From positions 1 through 37,359 of the IMG/VR virus record IMGVR_UViG_2654587746_000004: a DNA stretch of 37,359 bases; one strand, written 5' to 3'. The translations under genes and the position numbers were made by a program. Shown in pieces: positions 10,319-21,504 of the stretch. This DNA is from a virus. Lineage: Duplodnaviria > Heunggongvirae > Uroviricota > Caudoviricetes. Within the stretch, counting starts at the first letter, position 1; every line of letters begins with the position of its first letter. The notes beneath the pieces are model-generated. The model ran no database searches, was not told where the DNA came from, and saw only the letters and a program-made list of their open reading frames with translations.

Positions 10319-11011
10319 TTAAAACAACGAGCCAAGCAGACCAAGACCGCCGCCGATCGCAGCCCCCCACGGAGTTGATGAACCAATTAATTTCGCAAGT
10401 CCAGCCCCAGCAATAGCACCAGACGCACCTCCGCCAATAGCAGATTGCATTGCTGATGGTCTGTTGGCATTTGCCGCTGCAAGAGCCGCACTTTGCTGCG
10501 AAATCTGACTCATGTTGTTGGCATATGTCTGCCCTGCGTTTGCCTGACCTTGCAGAGCACCAAGCCCAACGTTTGCCAGATTCTGGTAGTTGTTCATCTG
10601 ACCAGACAGCCACTGCTGACCAAGCGTTGGTGCGATTGTTGCTAACTGATTACCGGTTGCAGTGGAACCCAATCCACCTGTTGCTTCCGCTGCCGCCAGA
10701 CTCTGATAGCGAGCCTGACCAGCAAGATCTTTGTACTGCTGAGAGTTGTAATACTGGTTAAGTGCCTGACCTTGCCCCTCCAGAGACGATAAGTTCTCGA
10801 GGCTGCCGACATACTTATCAGCCAGAGGAGTAAACGGCTTCAGGTTATTCATGATGGTGTTGAACTGCTGATTTTGCAGGTCTGCGGCATACTTCTGGGC
10901 TTCTGCTGCATACTTTGCGCTTTTATCAGAGCTGCCACCTTTCCCGCCTTTTTCAGGGCAATAAGGTTCCTCGCCGCGCAGTTTTCTGCCCAGCTTAAAT
11001 GCATATAACAT
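10319..11011 (-). CDS. Ejection protein, P22 gp7-like
   Basis: 230-aa ORF; N-terminus MLYAFKLGRKLRGEEPYCPEKGGKGG and Gly-rich C-terminus as in P22 gp7 (229 aa). Confidence 0.8.
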   Translation of the reverse strand: MLYAFKLGRKLRGEEPYCPEKGGKGGSSDKSAKYAAEAQKYAADLQNQQFNTIMNNLKPFTPLADKYVGSLENLSSLEGQGQALNQYYNSQQYKDLAGQARYQSLAAAEATGGLGSTATGNQLATIAPTLGQQWLSGQMNNYQNLANVGLGALQGQANAGQTYANNMSQISQQSAALAAANANRPSAMQSAIGGGASGAIAGAGLAKLIGSSTPWGAAIGGGLGLLGSLF

Positions 11012-11013
11012 GG

Positions 11014-11472
11014 CTATCTCCCGTGATTCAGGAAGTCGATTAGTTCTTCGCGTGTGGCGCTGTAAAAAGTCACGTCATCCACGCCTTTGAAGTATTTCTT
11101 GATGGTTCCTACACGCTTAAGGCCAATCATTGCGCAGTACATCTGACCGTGTCGGAATTTGCGTGCAGCGAACGATGTTACGCACTGAACGGTGGTGTTA
11201 GTCAGAATGTATCTCCAGAACGCCAGCCCGATTTCCTTGCTGAAGCCGCGAATCTCTGGCAGGTACATGGCGTGGCAATCGAATGTCAGCGGCTGAATCT
11301 CCTGATAGTAAACAATGCCGCCAAACTGACCGTGCACGTTCACCTCAAAGTAACGGCATTCAGGTTTGTAGTCGTATCCATCACCGTTGTTGCTCCCGGC
11401 GATAATGTCAGGGTGATTTCCGACTGCTTCTATCAGGTCGATGTTTCGCGTTGGTTTGAATGTAATCATCAC
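11014..11472 (-). CDS. Tail accessory / DNA stabilization protein, P22 gp14-like
   Basis: 152-aa ORF between tail needle and gp7, the gp14 position in P22-like phages. Confidence 0.65.
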   Translation of the reverse strand: MMITFKPTRNIDLIEAVGNHPDIIAGSNNGDGYDYKPECRYFEVNVHGQFGGIVYYQEIQPLTFDCHAMYLPEIRGFSKEIGLAFWRYILTNTTVQCVTSFAARKFRHGQMYCAMIGLKRVGTIKKYFKGVDDVTFYSATREELIDFLNHGR

Positions 11473-12317
11473 TGCTCCGCGATTATCTTGATGGTTGTGG
11501 CAGTAAACGCCGCACCATTCGACTGAATGGTTAACGTACTGCCATTTGTGGCAAGAAAGCCGTCTTTATCCACGCTGAAGAACGTAGCTAACAGGATGTT
11601 GTCGGTTGTTGTCGCCGCATTACGACTGCTGACCAGTGTGTCAGGAACAGAGCCGGAAAATGTTAGCTGCATTGACCTGTTGGCGGTTCCGCTGGGCCAC
11701 GTCCCGACGATCGACAGCTTGAAGAACAAGGTTTTGTTCTCGTTGAACACAACCATCTTGTTGTTAACGGTGTCGAAGAATGGTGCCAACGTGCCGGATG
11801 ACGGCGTGAGCGTTTTCAGCAGGCTAACAAGGTTGGTCTGCGCTGTCGGGATGGTTACAGATACGCCAGAGTAAACAACCTCTGACTTCTTGCGAGTAGT
11901 GGCATACTCCAGAGCATCGATGCGCGTTTCATGGTCTGAAACCTGCGATTCGAGCGACTGAACTCTGGTATCAAGCGACGCAATATCGCTTTCATTCTGA
12001 GCTATTCGTGTTTCATGTTCCTGAAGAGTTGATTCTGCCTGGCTGATTCGCTCCTCATGATTAACAAGCGTTGCTTCCGCAGCAGAAATTCGCTGCTCAT
12101 GGTCAGCGAGAATCACATCCTGCTCATCGTTCCTGACCTGTGCATCATAAGCGCCCTGTCCGGCCTCGTTGGCCTTGTTAGCCACGTTACCAACATCAGT
12201 GCCCTGTGCGATAACGTAAAGCAGATACGACTGCGAGAAGATATTGCGTGGAAGGACTGATGTGTCGAGCCGTGTAGCCTGAATGATTACCGGCACATTG
12301 AGATTCGAATCAGCCAT
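11469..12317 (-). CDS. Tail needle protein (P22 gp26-like coiled coil with C-terminal knob, Sf6-type)
   Basis: 282-aa ORF; heptad-repeat trimeric coiled coil ([50 protein letters not shown]...) followed by ~120-aa globular C-terminal domain; Sf6 needle is also ~282 aa. Confidence 0.85.
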   Translation of the reverse strand: MADSNLNVPVIIQATRLDTSVLPRNIFSQSYLLYVIAQGTDVGNVANKANEAGQGAYDAQVRNDEQDVILADHEQRISAAEATLVNHEERISQAESTLQEHETRIAQNESDIASLDTRVQSLESQVSDHETRIDALEYATTRKKSEVVYSGVSVTIPTAQTNLVSLLKTLTPSSGTLAPFFDTVNNKMVVFNENKTLFFKLSIVGTWPSGTANRSMQLTFSGSVPDTLVSSRNAATTTDNILLATFFSVDKDGFLATNGSTLTIQSNGAAFTATTIKIIAEQ

Positions 12318-13735
12318 TACTCAATCCTTATCTGAGCGCCAGACAGAGTGACAGGTGACTTCGTGATAACGCGCAATTTGAAGCCGACATTTTTCCTGAT
12401 GCGCCCGACTCGCTTCCACAAAACACGCTTGTCGTAAACGAACGGTTCATTCTGCTCAATCATCTGCTCACGACCGTAATTTATGCCGTCAGTGGTTGCA
12501 GAGAGAAAAAGGCGGTCAGCGTACTGAGCAACGCCAGTTGACGATTCAACTTCAAGGTCGAAAACTCTGGCGTTATCTGCTTTGAACAACGGAGTAAACA
12601 ACAGGTGTTCCTGTTGCTTGTCGTACTGGCTGCTGATGTCGAATTGCAATTTCCCGGTCACGGACTCCAGTTTATCGCCGCACGTTATCTGATTGCCTTC
12701 GTAAATGAAGTCGATAGCGCGGTACACATCGTCATACAGTCCTGTTTTCAGTACGCACCATTGCGGACCATTGGCGCTTGAAGATGCGTCGTATACGAGG
12801 ACATGGCGCGGAAGGTGGATAATCAGCAACTCATGAGCATCAAACCGCAACGATTCCATCACGCCATCAGCCAGTTCATCAGCAGTGTAGGAGCGGAGGA
12901 TTTTCTCAATGCTCGCGCTGGCGATTGGTGATACCTGACCGGATCCGATGATGTACACAGACGGCGCACCTGTTGCCGGATTGCTGATGAACGCATACGA
13001 ATCAGCAAACGGCGTTTTGCAGTAGGTTCCGGCAATACCTTTCTGCACCATCAGTGATGGCTGTGCGACATACAAAGCAGCACCAACGGTGGTTGCGCCA
13101 GTCAGGGAGAAATATTCAATCGTCGATGAACCAAAGCAGACGATGAAGTCTCGCCATGTTCCGATGCCGATGATGCCGTCCGGCTGAGACTCTGCACGAT
13201 ATTGTGCGCTGTATCGGTCAGGGTGCGATTCGTCTTCAAGGTCAGTGATAAACCATGAATCAGTTCCGTCTTTTGACCACGCATAACGCCCACGTAAACG
13301 AGTAATGTCACGAACAGAACCTAACTCATACTGCGTGAATCCGCTGTCTGTAGGCCAGTTTGAGACGGTTTTAACCGTGCCATCATAGCGATATTCGACC
13401 AGTTGACCATTAACGCCTACCGCCTGTGATGTCCGACCATGAGCCATTGATACGCGACCACTTCCGGCGACGTCACCGACCTCGCTTTCGCCCTTATACA
13501 ACTTGCCACCGCAAACGCGATAAACAGCATTCTGCGCCATGTTGTACTCGACACCGCGCGATACACCATTCACATCAGAGCGTTTGGCAATGCCCGGGAA
13601 TGAGCGAAGATATCCGCTGCTGTTAAGGATTTCTTTGGGTGTAGCCAGCATATTCACTGGCAGATAGTCGATATAGTCGGCGTTTCGAAAGTCTTTGCCG
13701 ACACCTTTCATAAGCGGAAGTTGCTGAATCGGCAT
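12317..13735 (-). CDS. Tail hub protein, P22 gp10-like
   Basis: 472-aa ORF (same length as P22 gp10) between gp4 and the needle. Confidence 0.8.
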   Translation of the reverse strand: MPIQQLPLMKGVGKDFRNADYIDYLPVNMLATPKEILNSSGYLRSFPGIAKRSDVNGVSRGVEYNMAQNAVYRVCGGKLYKGESEVGDVAGSGRVSMAHGRTSQAVGVNGQLVEYRYDGTVKTVSNWPTDSGFTQYELGSVRDITRLRGRYAWSKDGTDSWFITDLEDESHPDRYSAQYRAESQPDGIIGIGTWRDFIVCFGSSTIEYFSLTGATTVGAALYVAQPSLMVQKGIAGTYCKTPFADSYAFISNPATGAPSVYIIGSGQVSPIASASIEKILRSYTADELADGVMESLRFDAHELLIIHLPRHVLVYDASSSANGPQWCVLKTGLYDDVYRAIDFIYEGNQITCGDKLESVTGKLQFDISSQYDKQQEHLLFTPLFKADNARVFDLEVESSTGVAQYADRLFLSATTDGINYGREQMIEQNEPFVYDKRVLWKRVGRIRKNVGFKLRVITKSPVTLSGAQIRIE

Positions 13736-13744
13736 TTATTCACC

Positions 13745-14206
13745 TCACGTACTCGGATCATCTTTCTCGATGTAAAACCGATTCCACGTAAACGCGCTTT
13801 TGTTACCACTACCGCGAGGCATGTCATTTCGCCGCTCAAGTGGTGGTATTTTGGTTAAAGCGATGCAGATTGTCTGATATGCGCTGTCAGCAGCGGTAAG
13901 GAGAGCATCTGACGGCTGAATGACGTTATCCATGCACACTTGCACAGCGAGTTTCAAAGCGACGCCATCATTTGCCCATGCAGGGATACCTGAATCATCG
14001 TCAGGTAACGGCATGATGCCGTTTTCTGTATCAGCAAACAGATACCCAAGCTCGATACCTTTCGCCTGCCATGCTGCCATCATGTCTTCGAGGTCATTAA
14101 TGGCATCTTCAATTGCCTGAGGGTCAGCATCTGTCAACGTGGCATTGGAATACAACCCGGCTTTTCGTAAAGCCTTTAGAACGAGATCACCCTTCGTTTT
14201 TGCCAT
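13745..14206 (-). CDS. Head-tail adaptor / tail accessory protein, P22 gp4-like
   Basis: 153-aa ORF directly upstream of gp10 in conserved order. Confidence 0.75.
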   Translation of the reverse strand: MAKTKGDLVLKALRKAGLYSNATLTDADPQAIEDAINDLEDMMAAWQAKGIELGYLFADTENGIMPLPDDDSGIPAWANDGVALKLAVQVCMDNVIQPSDALLTAADSAYQTICIALTKIPPLERRNDMPRGSGNKSAFTWNRFYIEKDDPST

Positions 14207-14375
14207 CTTCTTCCGCCTTAGCCACTTTTTGCTTCGTTGCGGTTTCTTCAGGAGTTTTTACCCAACCTTTTTTCAGGTGAGATTTAACTTCTTCGTCATC
14301 AACAATGACGTAATCGACAGCAAACTGACCACAGGTGATCATGTTGCCAGGCTTATAGAGCATTGTTCGTGCCAT
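14187..14375 (-). CDS. Small conserved protein between coat and gp4 genes
   Basis: 62-aa product from ATG at 14375 with GGGAG Shine-Dalgarno; Lys/Glu-rich C-terminus; the ORF-track start is a non-ATG extension. Confidence 0.5.
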   Translation of the reverse strand: MARTMLYKPGNMITCGQFAVDYVIVDDEEVKSHLKKGWVKTPEETATKQKVAKAEEDGKNEG

Positions 14376-14416
14376 TGTCTTCTCCCAATAAAAATGGGGC
14401 CGAAGCCCCACCAAAA

Positions 14417-15670
14417 TTACTGCCCGGCAATAACGATGCCCGTATATTCAGGAACAAGTACAGAGCAACCGTACAGAGTGGTGAAACGTGCAGTGGTTAC
14501 ACCTTTGATGTGGTCGAAGGCGTAAGACATGATCAGCGTAGCGCCCTGCTCGGTGGTTGCTGTCATTACCTGTGGACCCTGACCAGTCGGGAACGCCAGT
14601 TTGCCGTACATCAGTTCAACAGAACCATCAGCCCAGAACAGGTTAGCAGGTGCTGCGTTCTTGTTGAGAATGGTGATTGCTGCTGATGCTGCCGGTTTGG
14701 CGTCGACGTTTGCATATGGACGACTCGCAACATCGGCATTTTCAACAGGGAGAATCTTTGGAGAGATTGTTACGGTAGTTCCGCTAACAGCCAGAACACG
14801 GAATACCTGCGGTTGCCCGGTGGTATCTTTTGTGATCTGGTGTACGGAATTCACACCGGCAATGGTGAACGCATCACCAACCTGCAAGCCAGATGCAGAT
14901 ACCGTAATAGTCCCCTGTCGGTTATCAACTGGCATACCATTTGAATCTTTCGCTTCAACCTTGTGTTCAGGTTGGCCTGATACTGTCAAGGATTCAGCGC
15001 TTCCTTTCGGTAATCGACCAGAAATATCGGTCTTGTAGCTATCAAAGGAAGCAACCGGAGGGATCTGCGCTTTTTCGTATGCTGTCAGGGTTGCGCCCTG
15101 AGCATAGGCACGGTGACCAAGCTCGCCAGCAAGATCTTTGTAGTTGAAGGGGTTCCAGAAAGAGCGACGGTTGATCCCCTGAGGTACACCAATCGCCGTC
15201 ATGGTGGCATCAATGCCTGCCGCACAGTTCCACAAATCACGGCCCTGTGTACCTGTGGTTGAGTCAGCCATCGTGATCACGTTAGTAGCACGCTGCGTAA
15301 CCATGGAAATCAGGTCAGAGTCAATCTGTGCAGCAAGGCGCATACCTGCGGCGCGACCAGCTTCAGTTTTATGCTCAGGGTCACGCATTTCACGCGCATC
15401 CAGAGTGTACAGAATGTTTTTCGGCTCCTTGAACACAGAAGGAACAAGGCGCTGAACCAGTGCTGTTGGCGTTTTGTCGCTGAGGTCTAGACCTTCCTCA
15501 ATGTTCATGTGGTAATGCTGCGGACGATACAGAACATCACCTGCTCGCTGCATTGCTGTATCACCGGGACGGAATTTTTTAGCGTTACGGGAAACTACGC
15601 AGGCGGCCTCAAAGCCTTCAACGTAGTTTTCGAACATGATTTCAAGGTCTTTTGCTAATTGGTTAGCCAT
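14417..15670 (-). CDS. Major capsid (coat) protein, P22 gp5-like
   Basis: 417-aa ORF after scaffold gene; size and position as P22/Sf6 coat protein. Confidence 0.9.
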   Translation of the reverse strand: MANQLAKDLEIMFENYVEGFEAACVVSRNAKKFRPGDTAMQRAGDVLYRPQHYHMNIEEGLDLSDKTPTALVQRLVPSVFKEPKNILYTLDAREMRDPEHKTEAGRAAGMRLAAQIDSDLISMVTQRATNVITMADSTTGTQGRDLWNCAAGIDATMTAIGVPQGINRRSFWNPFNYKDLAGELGHRAYAQGATLTAYEKAQIPPVASFDSYKTDISGRLPKGSAESLTVSGQPEHKVEAKDSNGMPVDNRQGTITVSASGLQVGDAFTIAGVNSVHQITKDTTGQPQVFRVLAVSGTTVTISPKILPVENADVASRPYANVDAKPAASAAITILNKNAAPANLFWADGSVELMYGKLAFPTGQGPQVMTATTEQGATLIMSYAFDHIKGVTTARFTTLYGCSVLVPEYTGIVIAGQ

Positions 15671-15688
15671 GCTTAATGCTCCGATAGG

Positions 15689-16582
15689 TTATTTTTTTGC
15701 CTTTTTAGCGGCGAAATACGGCGTCCAGTCACCAGTTTCCAGCGCCTTGGCTTTCAGTTTGTCGAGGTTATTGATTACTGCGCCGTTGCTCCCCTTAACT
15801 GTCGGGGTTGTGGCTGCCGTGGTTTTTGCTTTTGGCATGATTCTGGCCTTCGATTCGATACGTTCCAGCAGACGACCAATTGCTACGGGGTTGGTAGCTT
15901 CTGCCAGTTGCTTGCGCAGTTCAGCGTTGCGACCAAGCGCCAAAACAACGATTTCCGGCTTCTCTGACTCAAACAGGATCGCGTTTTGTGTCTCGATGGG
16001 GATTTCCTCGAGTACGGCCTGCTCAGCTTCCTGATAGCCAGGAACTTTGAGAGCCTTAACACGTTGCTGATATTTGGATAATCGCTCTTGATAGGCGGCC
16101 TGAAGCTCCTGCTCCTTCTGCTTGCGAGCCATCTCCTGTTGCTGGTACTTGCCGTTATCCTCTGCCCACTTAGCCATGCGTTGCTGATAGATTTCTTCAT
16201 CGAAACCGATGTCCTCATCATCCAGTTTTGGCATTCGCGGTGGTTGAGTGATTACCGGCTGCTGCTCGACGGGTTTCTGAGACTGACGCATCAGCTCTTT
16301 CAGCTCGCGGTCTTTCTCTTTAATCGTCTTGCGCAGGTGTTTTACCAGTCCATGCTCTGCGCTATCTTCGCTGGTTGGCGAATCCAGCTTTTCGTCACCA
16401 AAGTAGAATTCCTGTTCTGATTCGTCGTCATCAGTGTCAGTAGCTTCCTCTGCATCATTTCCTGAGGACTCACTGCCATCTGCTGTTTCGACTTCTTCAG
16501 CCAGTTCGACATCATCAGGAATCTGCTCTGACGCGTCGGTTTCGATTTCAACTTCTGGTGTGTTTTCTGCCATCTGGTCCAT
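15689..16582 (-). CDS. Scaffolding protein, P22 gp8-like
   Basis: 297-aa highly acidic, Glu/Lys/Gln-rich helical protein between portal and coat. Confidence 0.85.
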   Translation of the reverse strand: MDQMAENTPEVEIETDASEQIPDDVELAEEVETADGSESSGNDAEEATDTDDDESEQEFYFGDEKLDSPTSEDSAEHGLVKHLRKTIKEKDRELKELMRQSQKPVEQQPVITQPPRMPKLDDEDIGFDEEIYQQRMAKWAEDNGKYQQQEMARKQKEQELQAAYQERLSKYQQRVKALKVPGYQEAEQAVLEEIPIETQNAILFESEKPEIVVLALGRNAELRKQLAEATNPVAIGRLLERIESKARIMPKAKTTAATTPTVKGSNGAVINNLDKLKAKALETGDWTPYFAAKKAKK

Positions 16583-16672
16583 TTGTTACCCCTGTTTACT
16601 CGATGTTCAGCCCATCGGAAGGCAATAGGGTGCCAGGCCTCATAAAGACAGCCATTGCACGTTATGGGTTAA

Positions 16673-18871
16673 TTACTGCTGTGGTTGTTGCTGAGTTGAT
16701 TTTTGTAGGATGCTGCTGATGTCCATGCGCTGCGCATGACCCTGTGCCTGACTTTTCAGGACAAGCTCTGCATCAGCACGGGCATTGTCTCCTTGCTGTT
16801 GCTGGAACTGTCCGAGCAGTTTCAGAGCCTCGCGGATATCAGATTTCTGCTGACTATCGGCAGATGCGAGGATTTTCACAACATTTGCCGCAGCAACCTG
16901 AGCATCAGTCTGTGCCTGGAATGCTTTAACCTGAATGGCTGCCTGCTCGTTCTGCGCTTTCTGCAATTCAGCCTGACCAGCAAGAAGCTGACCTTGCGCA
17001 GCAACCATAGCCGGATCTGGCTGACTGGCCTGTTGTTGTTTCGCCTGTTCAACCATCTGCTGTTCTTCAGGCGTTCTCGGCTTGATAACGCCAGACAGAA
17101 GCAACTGATTGCGGTTGTATTCTTTCAGGTCGTCCATCCCTTCGCCGTCCATATTGTCGAGAATCATCGACGATACAAGGTCGTGCTTCGGAGTTCCTGG
17201 TGGGATAAGTGCCAGCATGGAAAGTAACGACTTAACCGTTGCATCACGGCGAGTAGCGAACGACTGGCCAACATCGACAGTCACTTCATAGTTACCCTGC
17301 GAAAGGTCATTAAGCGCGATAACCTGCCCTGTCTGACGGTCAACCACTTCACCAGTCATCAGCGCCACGTCATCGCTGCCGTCCTCATTAACGATACGCA
17401 TCGGCGTATCACTGCCATAGACTTCACGAGCCATAGAAAGCCACACGACGCCAGCACGGCGCATGGATTTAGCCATGTTGTCCATGTAGATATAGGACTG
17501 CGTGTCCATCCGGTTAAAGATGCTATCAACGGTATCGGTAGCGACGTTGCTCGGCATGTTCTCAAGCTGCGACGCACCTGTAATTTGCTGAATAGCCGTT
17601 CCGGTGTACTGCAATAGCCCGGCAAGAGCAGGAGGCATTTGTGTCGGGGGTGTCCAGCCAGCAACCTGAGCTTCTGAAATGACTGTTCCGTTTTTGTCCT
17701 TCTTGCTGGTCATGGGAAGAACTGCAGGTCTTTTCTTATTCCTCTCTGCCCAGTGATTCATTAATGGGCCGGGAATGAAATCAACATCCACGATAGGAAT
17801 GCCATCACCGCCAGCCTGAGTAGCGTTATCTGCAATCATGGAAACCATCAGGTTCTCAAGACGCTGTGCATCCATCGCTTTTGCTGCGTGGCCTTCGATT
17901 CGCTCCTGATTATCAACAAATGAGCGACGCCCATATACCGGGATGAGAGGAATATGTTCACCCGGAATACGCTTCGGTTCTTCCAGCCATTCAGCGCCAG
18001 ACAGAAGACCGCAATAAACTCTGCGTTTCTTCACTGTCCGTTCGCCAATCAGTTCGAATGCACCATCGGTCAGCTCGTCGACAATATCTTTGATTTGCTC
18101 TTCATCATAGATTGCCGTTTCTCCGCTAACAGGGTTGCGCCATGCCGTGAGCTTCACCTTCTCTATGCGAACTTCGTAGTAGCGCCCAACATAGATGGCA
18201 TCTGGCGTTGACCAGTCATATTGAGTGCCAGTGTCATCACGAGAAAGGCCTGCCGCGATGGAATCAGGGTATTCAGCCTCAAACGCTTTAGGCGTCATGG
18301 AGAACATTTCCATAGCCCACATAGCATCAGAGCGGTCATATTGCTTGCTGTCCTGATCGAAGAAGACGCATGTCGCTGGGTCGTAAACAGGAAGAAGGCT
18401 GATGCGTCGCTGCTCGTTACTTGGGTCCATTTCATCTTCGTAATCGGCACACATGCGGAAACAACCGAATCCGCCCGTTACAGCATCATCAAATGCGTTA
18501 TCACACGCTTCGCCACCGGATGTTTCCTGATAGTCAGCGCGGAATTTGCCGTTCATCTTTTCGGCTAACGCTTCCGATGCCTTATCGTCCTTCGGCCTGA
18601 ATTTAACGCTGATGCGATTCTGTCGATACTCGCCAATGATGCGATCACATTCACGGGCAATCTTATTCAGTTCAAAGCGCGGGTAATGCTCAAACCTTCC
18701 TTCATCAAATGAGTAACCAGCGTTTGTGCTGCCTTCCCACTGTGCGCCGGACACCCGGACGAAACGTTGAGCCTCAATAATCTGCTCACGCATATCCTGC
18801 GTTGCTGACCAGGCATTATCAAAGTTGCACAGCACCTTGCGATGCCAGTCAGTCATCTTTTTTTCTGCCAT
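16673..18871 (-). CDS. Portal protein, P22 gp1-like
   Basis: 732-aa ORF after large terminase; Gln-rich C-terminal tail (..QQQGDNARADAELVLKSQAQGHAQRM..) like the P22 portal barrel. Confidence 0.9.
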   Translation of the reverse strand: MAEKKMTDWHRKVLCNFDNAWSATQDMREQIIEAQRFVRVSGAQWEGSTNAGYSFDEGRFEHYPRFELNKIARECDRIIGEYRQNRISVKFRPKDDKASEALAEKMNGKFRADYQETSGGEACDNAFDDAVTGGFGCFRMCADYEDEMDPSNEQRRISLLPVYDPATCVFFDQDSKQYDRSDAMWAMEMFSMTPKAFEAEYPDSIAAGLSRDDTGTQYDWSTPDAIYVGRYYEVRIEKVKLTAWRNPVSGETAIYDEEQIKDIVDELTDGAFELIGERTVKKRRVYCGLLSGAEWLEEPKRIPGEHIPLIPVYGRRSFVDNQERIEGHAAKAMDAQRLENLMVSMIADNATQAGGDGIPIVDVDFIPGPLMNHWAERNKKRPAVLPMTSKKDKNGTVISEAQVAGWTPPTQMPPALAGLLQYTGTAIQQITGASQLENMPSNVATDTVDSIFNRMDTQSYIYMDNMAKSMRRAGVVWLSMAREVYGSDTPMRIVNEDGSDDVALMTGEVVDRQTGQVIALNDLSQGNYEVTVDVGQSFATRRDATVKSLLSMLALIPPGTPKHDLVSSMILDNMDGEGMDDLKEYNRNQLLLSGVIKPRTPEEQQMVEQAKQQQASQPDPAMVAAQGQLLAGQAELQKAQNEQAAIQVKAFQAQTDAQVAAANVVKILASADSQQKSDIREALKLLGQFQQQQGDNARADAELVLKSQAQGHAQRMDISSILQKSTQQQPQQ

Positions 18872-18872
18872 A

Positions 18873-20288
18873 TCAACCTACACCACAAGGAATTGAGTAA
18901 CTGGAATAGTCGGGTTGCGCAGCCGACTCCGGGCAATGCATACACATCATCAGCGCATCAGCCAGGTTAGGAGATGGAATACCGAGCTTCTGCTTCATTT
19001 CGACCTTAGTCATTAGCTCCAGCTTCCCGTTGTTATTGAATTTGCGCTGAATCTGCGTCAGTTCTGCAAACAGCTTCTCCAGCATCTTCTCGCCTATCGC
19101 TTCTTTGTCGAAACTCAGCATGTCGTCGGGGTCTGCATACTCACCGTGAACAACCGCCCGATACGTCAGATACAGCCTGTCAGCCAGCGCGTAATAGAAT
19201 TGCGCTCGCTTATTGCGGAATACATCGCCAATAGTGCGAACGTTGTCGCCCTGTACGACTTCATCAGCCCATGCTCCGGCCTGATACGGAGCATCTTCAT
19301 CGAATGGCGATTCGCTGCCCTTGAACATCGTGGCGGTGATTTTCTTGCCGGAGAACGCTTCCGTTGTCTGTCTGCGTAGCCCTGCACCGACACCATCACC
19401 ATCCCACAAGTAGTGGTCAGCACCGTCTTCAATCGCCAGCGAAGTAGCCCAGTCAGCACCCTCGTTGATGTCCATCAGCAGACCTTCGGCAATGCGCTTA
19501 ACTACCGAACCGTGGCGCGATGCATAACCTTTAGCATCCGGTCCTGTATCTGACGGGTCATGCGCAGAGACAACAGCGCCTTTCGCCTTCCATCCGAGTT
19601 TCTTGTGCGCATCGGTTGCGGCTTCAAGCCATTCACATTTGATAATTGCCATATCACTTGCGCTCACTGGCTCACCAAGCCAGATGTGACGATACAGTGT
19701 CGGATTTCTGCGTTTGCACTCTTCCATCTCCAGACGGAGAACTTCAGGAAAGTGCGGGTTGTCGGTGTAGTTCACCGTCAGTAGGCAAATATCATCGGGA
19801 GGATTTACGACGAACCGCTGATAGGTATCGTCGAGTATGTTTTTCGGGTTGAAGCTTACCCATATTTCAGAGAACGGCTTACGGATGGTTGGAATCAGGA
19901 TATCCCATGATTCCTTCGTTACCGCTTCCGCTTCTTCCACCCAGCAGATATCAATGCCTTCGAGCGATTTAATCTTCGTCGGGTTGTTTTTTATGCCGTA
20001 GAACATGAATTCAGCATTCGTTCCGAGATGACGAATCATTGAACGCTGAATTTCAAACTCAGCCGAATACCCTTCCCGCTCTATGGTGTCTTCAAGCAAC
20101 CGGATTACCGAATCGCTGATACTGTTTTGCAGTTCACGAGCGCAGAGAATACGCACAGGCTGCCGGCGCGCCGCTTCAACAAGCAGCCTCGCAATTGCCC
20201 ATGATTTACCGCTACCTCGACCGCCTTTGGCGACTTTGTAGCGATGCGCCTCAATGAACGGTTCAAAGATAGGATTAATCGAGGTCAT
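18873..20288 (-). CDS. Terminase large subunit
   Basis: 471-aa ORF; Walker A-like VAKGGRGSGKSWAIA near N-terminus; acidic nuclease-type C-terminal half; overlaps small terminase stop. Confidence 0.9.
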   Translation of the reverse strand: MTSINPIFEPFIEAHRYKVAKGGRGSGKSWAIARLLVEAARRQPVRILCARELQNSISDSVIRLLEDTIEREGYSAEFEIQRSMIRHLGTNAEFMFYGIKNNPTKIKSLEGIDICWVEEAEAVTKESWDILIPTIRKPFSEIWVSFNPKNILDDTYQRFVVNPPDDICLLTVNYTDNPHFPEVLRLEMEECKRRNPTLYRHIWLGEPVSASDMAIIKCEWLEAATDAHKKLGWKAKGAVVSAHDPSDTGPDAKGYASRHGSVVKRIAEGLLMDINEGADWATSLAIEDGADHYLWDGDGVGAGLRRQTTEAFSGKKITATMFKGSESPFDEDAPYQAGAWADEVVQGDNVRTIGDVFRNKRAQFYYALADRLYLTYRAVVHGEYADPDDMLSFDKEAIGEKMLEKLFAELTQIQRKFNNNGKLELMTKVEMKQKLGIPSPNLADALMMCMHCPESAAQPDYSSYSIPCGVG

Positions 20289-20710
20289 TTTCCGAATAGA
20301 GTGCTCATCGGTGATGTTTCAATCTGGATTGCGCCGCCGTCTTTGCCGACAAGCTCATTAGTTACCTTGTCGCCATACTTACGGGGATTCATTCGGGCCA
20401 GCGCCCATTTGCGGGTATCAACGCGAAGTCTTGCCTTTGCCACCTCAGCAGCATCTGGAATCGCATTGTCAGCAATTTCGAATATCTCTTCGAAAATAGA
20501 ATCAGCTCGTGCCTCAGTTGCCTTCGCGTACTTGTCTCTAAATTCGTCATGCTCTGACAGCCAGCGAAATACAGTAGCCTTTGCTGGCATGCCGGGGCGC
20601 TTGCAAACCTTAACCAGACTTTCCCCGGAGGCAAGCAGCGCACAGATATCATCAGCCACCTCCGGCAGGTAATCCGAAGGGCGACCGACATTCTTTTTCT
20701 CAGTCGCCAT
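20285..20710 (-). CDS. Terminase small subunit
   Basis: 141-aa ORF immediately upstream of and overlapping the large terminase; N-terminal HTH-like region. Confidence 0.75.
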   Translation of the reverse strand: MATEKKNVGRPSDYLPEVADDICALLASGESLVKVCKRPGMPAKATVFRWLSEHDEFRDKYAKATEARADSIFEEIFEIADNAIPDAAEVAKARLRVDTRKWALARMNPRKYGDKVTNELVGKDGGAIQIETSPMSTLFGK

Positions 20711-20789
20711 ATTGATTATTTCCCTTCTGCTTGCTTATCCCATTCATCGCGGAATTTGGATGGGTTGTCGAAACCTTGAGTTGCCATGT

Positions 20790-21032
20790 TTATGCTCCGG
20801 TAGTGAACAGGTCTAACGCTTCCTTCGATTTACGCACCGCTTCAAATGTGCGGATCGTGATATCTGAATTAGCGCCACCTGACTGGAAGTGAATTTTGAA
20901 TAGCTCAAGCTTCAGTTCGTCAGTGCCAATGAATTGAAATGCTTCTTCTGCGGCTGCGTTCTGGTTCATGACCAGTTTGTAAATCTCTAACTGGAATTTC
21001 TGTTCTTCAGTCATGGGAATAATCTCTGCCAT
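20790..21032 (-). CDS. Hypothetical protein (position of P22 orf80)
   Basis: 80-aa ORF between rha-region genes and small terminase; no recognisable motif. Confidence 0.45.
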   Translation of the reverse strand: MAEIIPMTEEQKFQLEIYKLVMNQNAAAEEAFQFIGTDELKLELFKIHFQSGGANSDITIRTFEAVRKSKEALDLFTTGA

Positions 21033-21135
21033 TGTTGGCTCCGTTTATCCGTTAAAAGGGATATCAGTTAAGTTATCCCGTGTAGGGTATAAGCCATTAT
21101 CAAAGCCACTCTGTAGGGAATGGCTTTTGTAATAA

Positions 21136-21504
21136 CTACTGTTCGCTTAGCTTCTGCTTCAGCAAGTAACCTTCGAGCATCCAGATTTTGTTTACAGCAT
21201 TCTGGCGAGCAATCTTGCGCCCGATTTCTTCATCGAAGTTCTCTGGGCTGGCGCAGGCGCTTTCCCCGGTGACCGTAAAGCCATTCTTCAGCACCAGAAC
21301 GCAGAATGTCAGCAGCTCCAGCTCGTCAGGCTGGTCTGGGATTTTTACGCTGTATGTTTCGCTTCTCTGCACATGAGCAAAGCGAGCACCATCAGCGGCC
21401 GTAAAGTAATGTTCGCTGGCGATTATGCTGGCAATGTGTTCAGGAGTAACGCGAGCCGCCTTACCATTGGCTGCGATTTCTTTTTCAATTTGCTTGTCGT
21501 TCAT
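21136..21504 (-). CDS. Conserved phage protein of unknown function
   Basis: 122-aa ORF with clean start and stop; family recognised as recurrent in lambdoid prophages but not assignable from memory. Confidence 0.55.
   Translation of the reverse strand: MNDKQIEKEIAANGKAARVTPEHIASIIASEHYFTAADGARFAHVQRSETYSVKIPDQPDELELLTFCVLVLKNGFTVTGESACASPENFDEEIGRKIARQNAVNKIWMLEGYLLKQKLSEQ

Noticed and set aside
16736-18568. Plus-strand ORFs of 60-163 aa
   Set aside because: All lie antisense within the portal gene; judged spurious.
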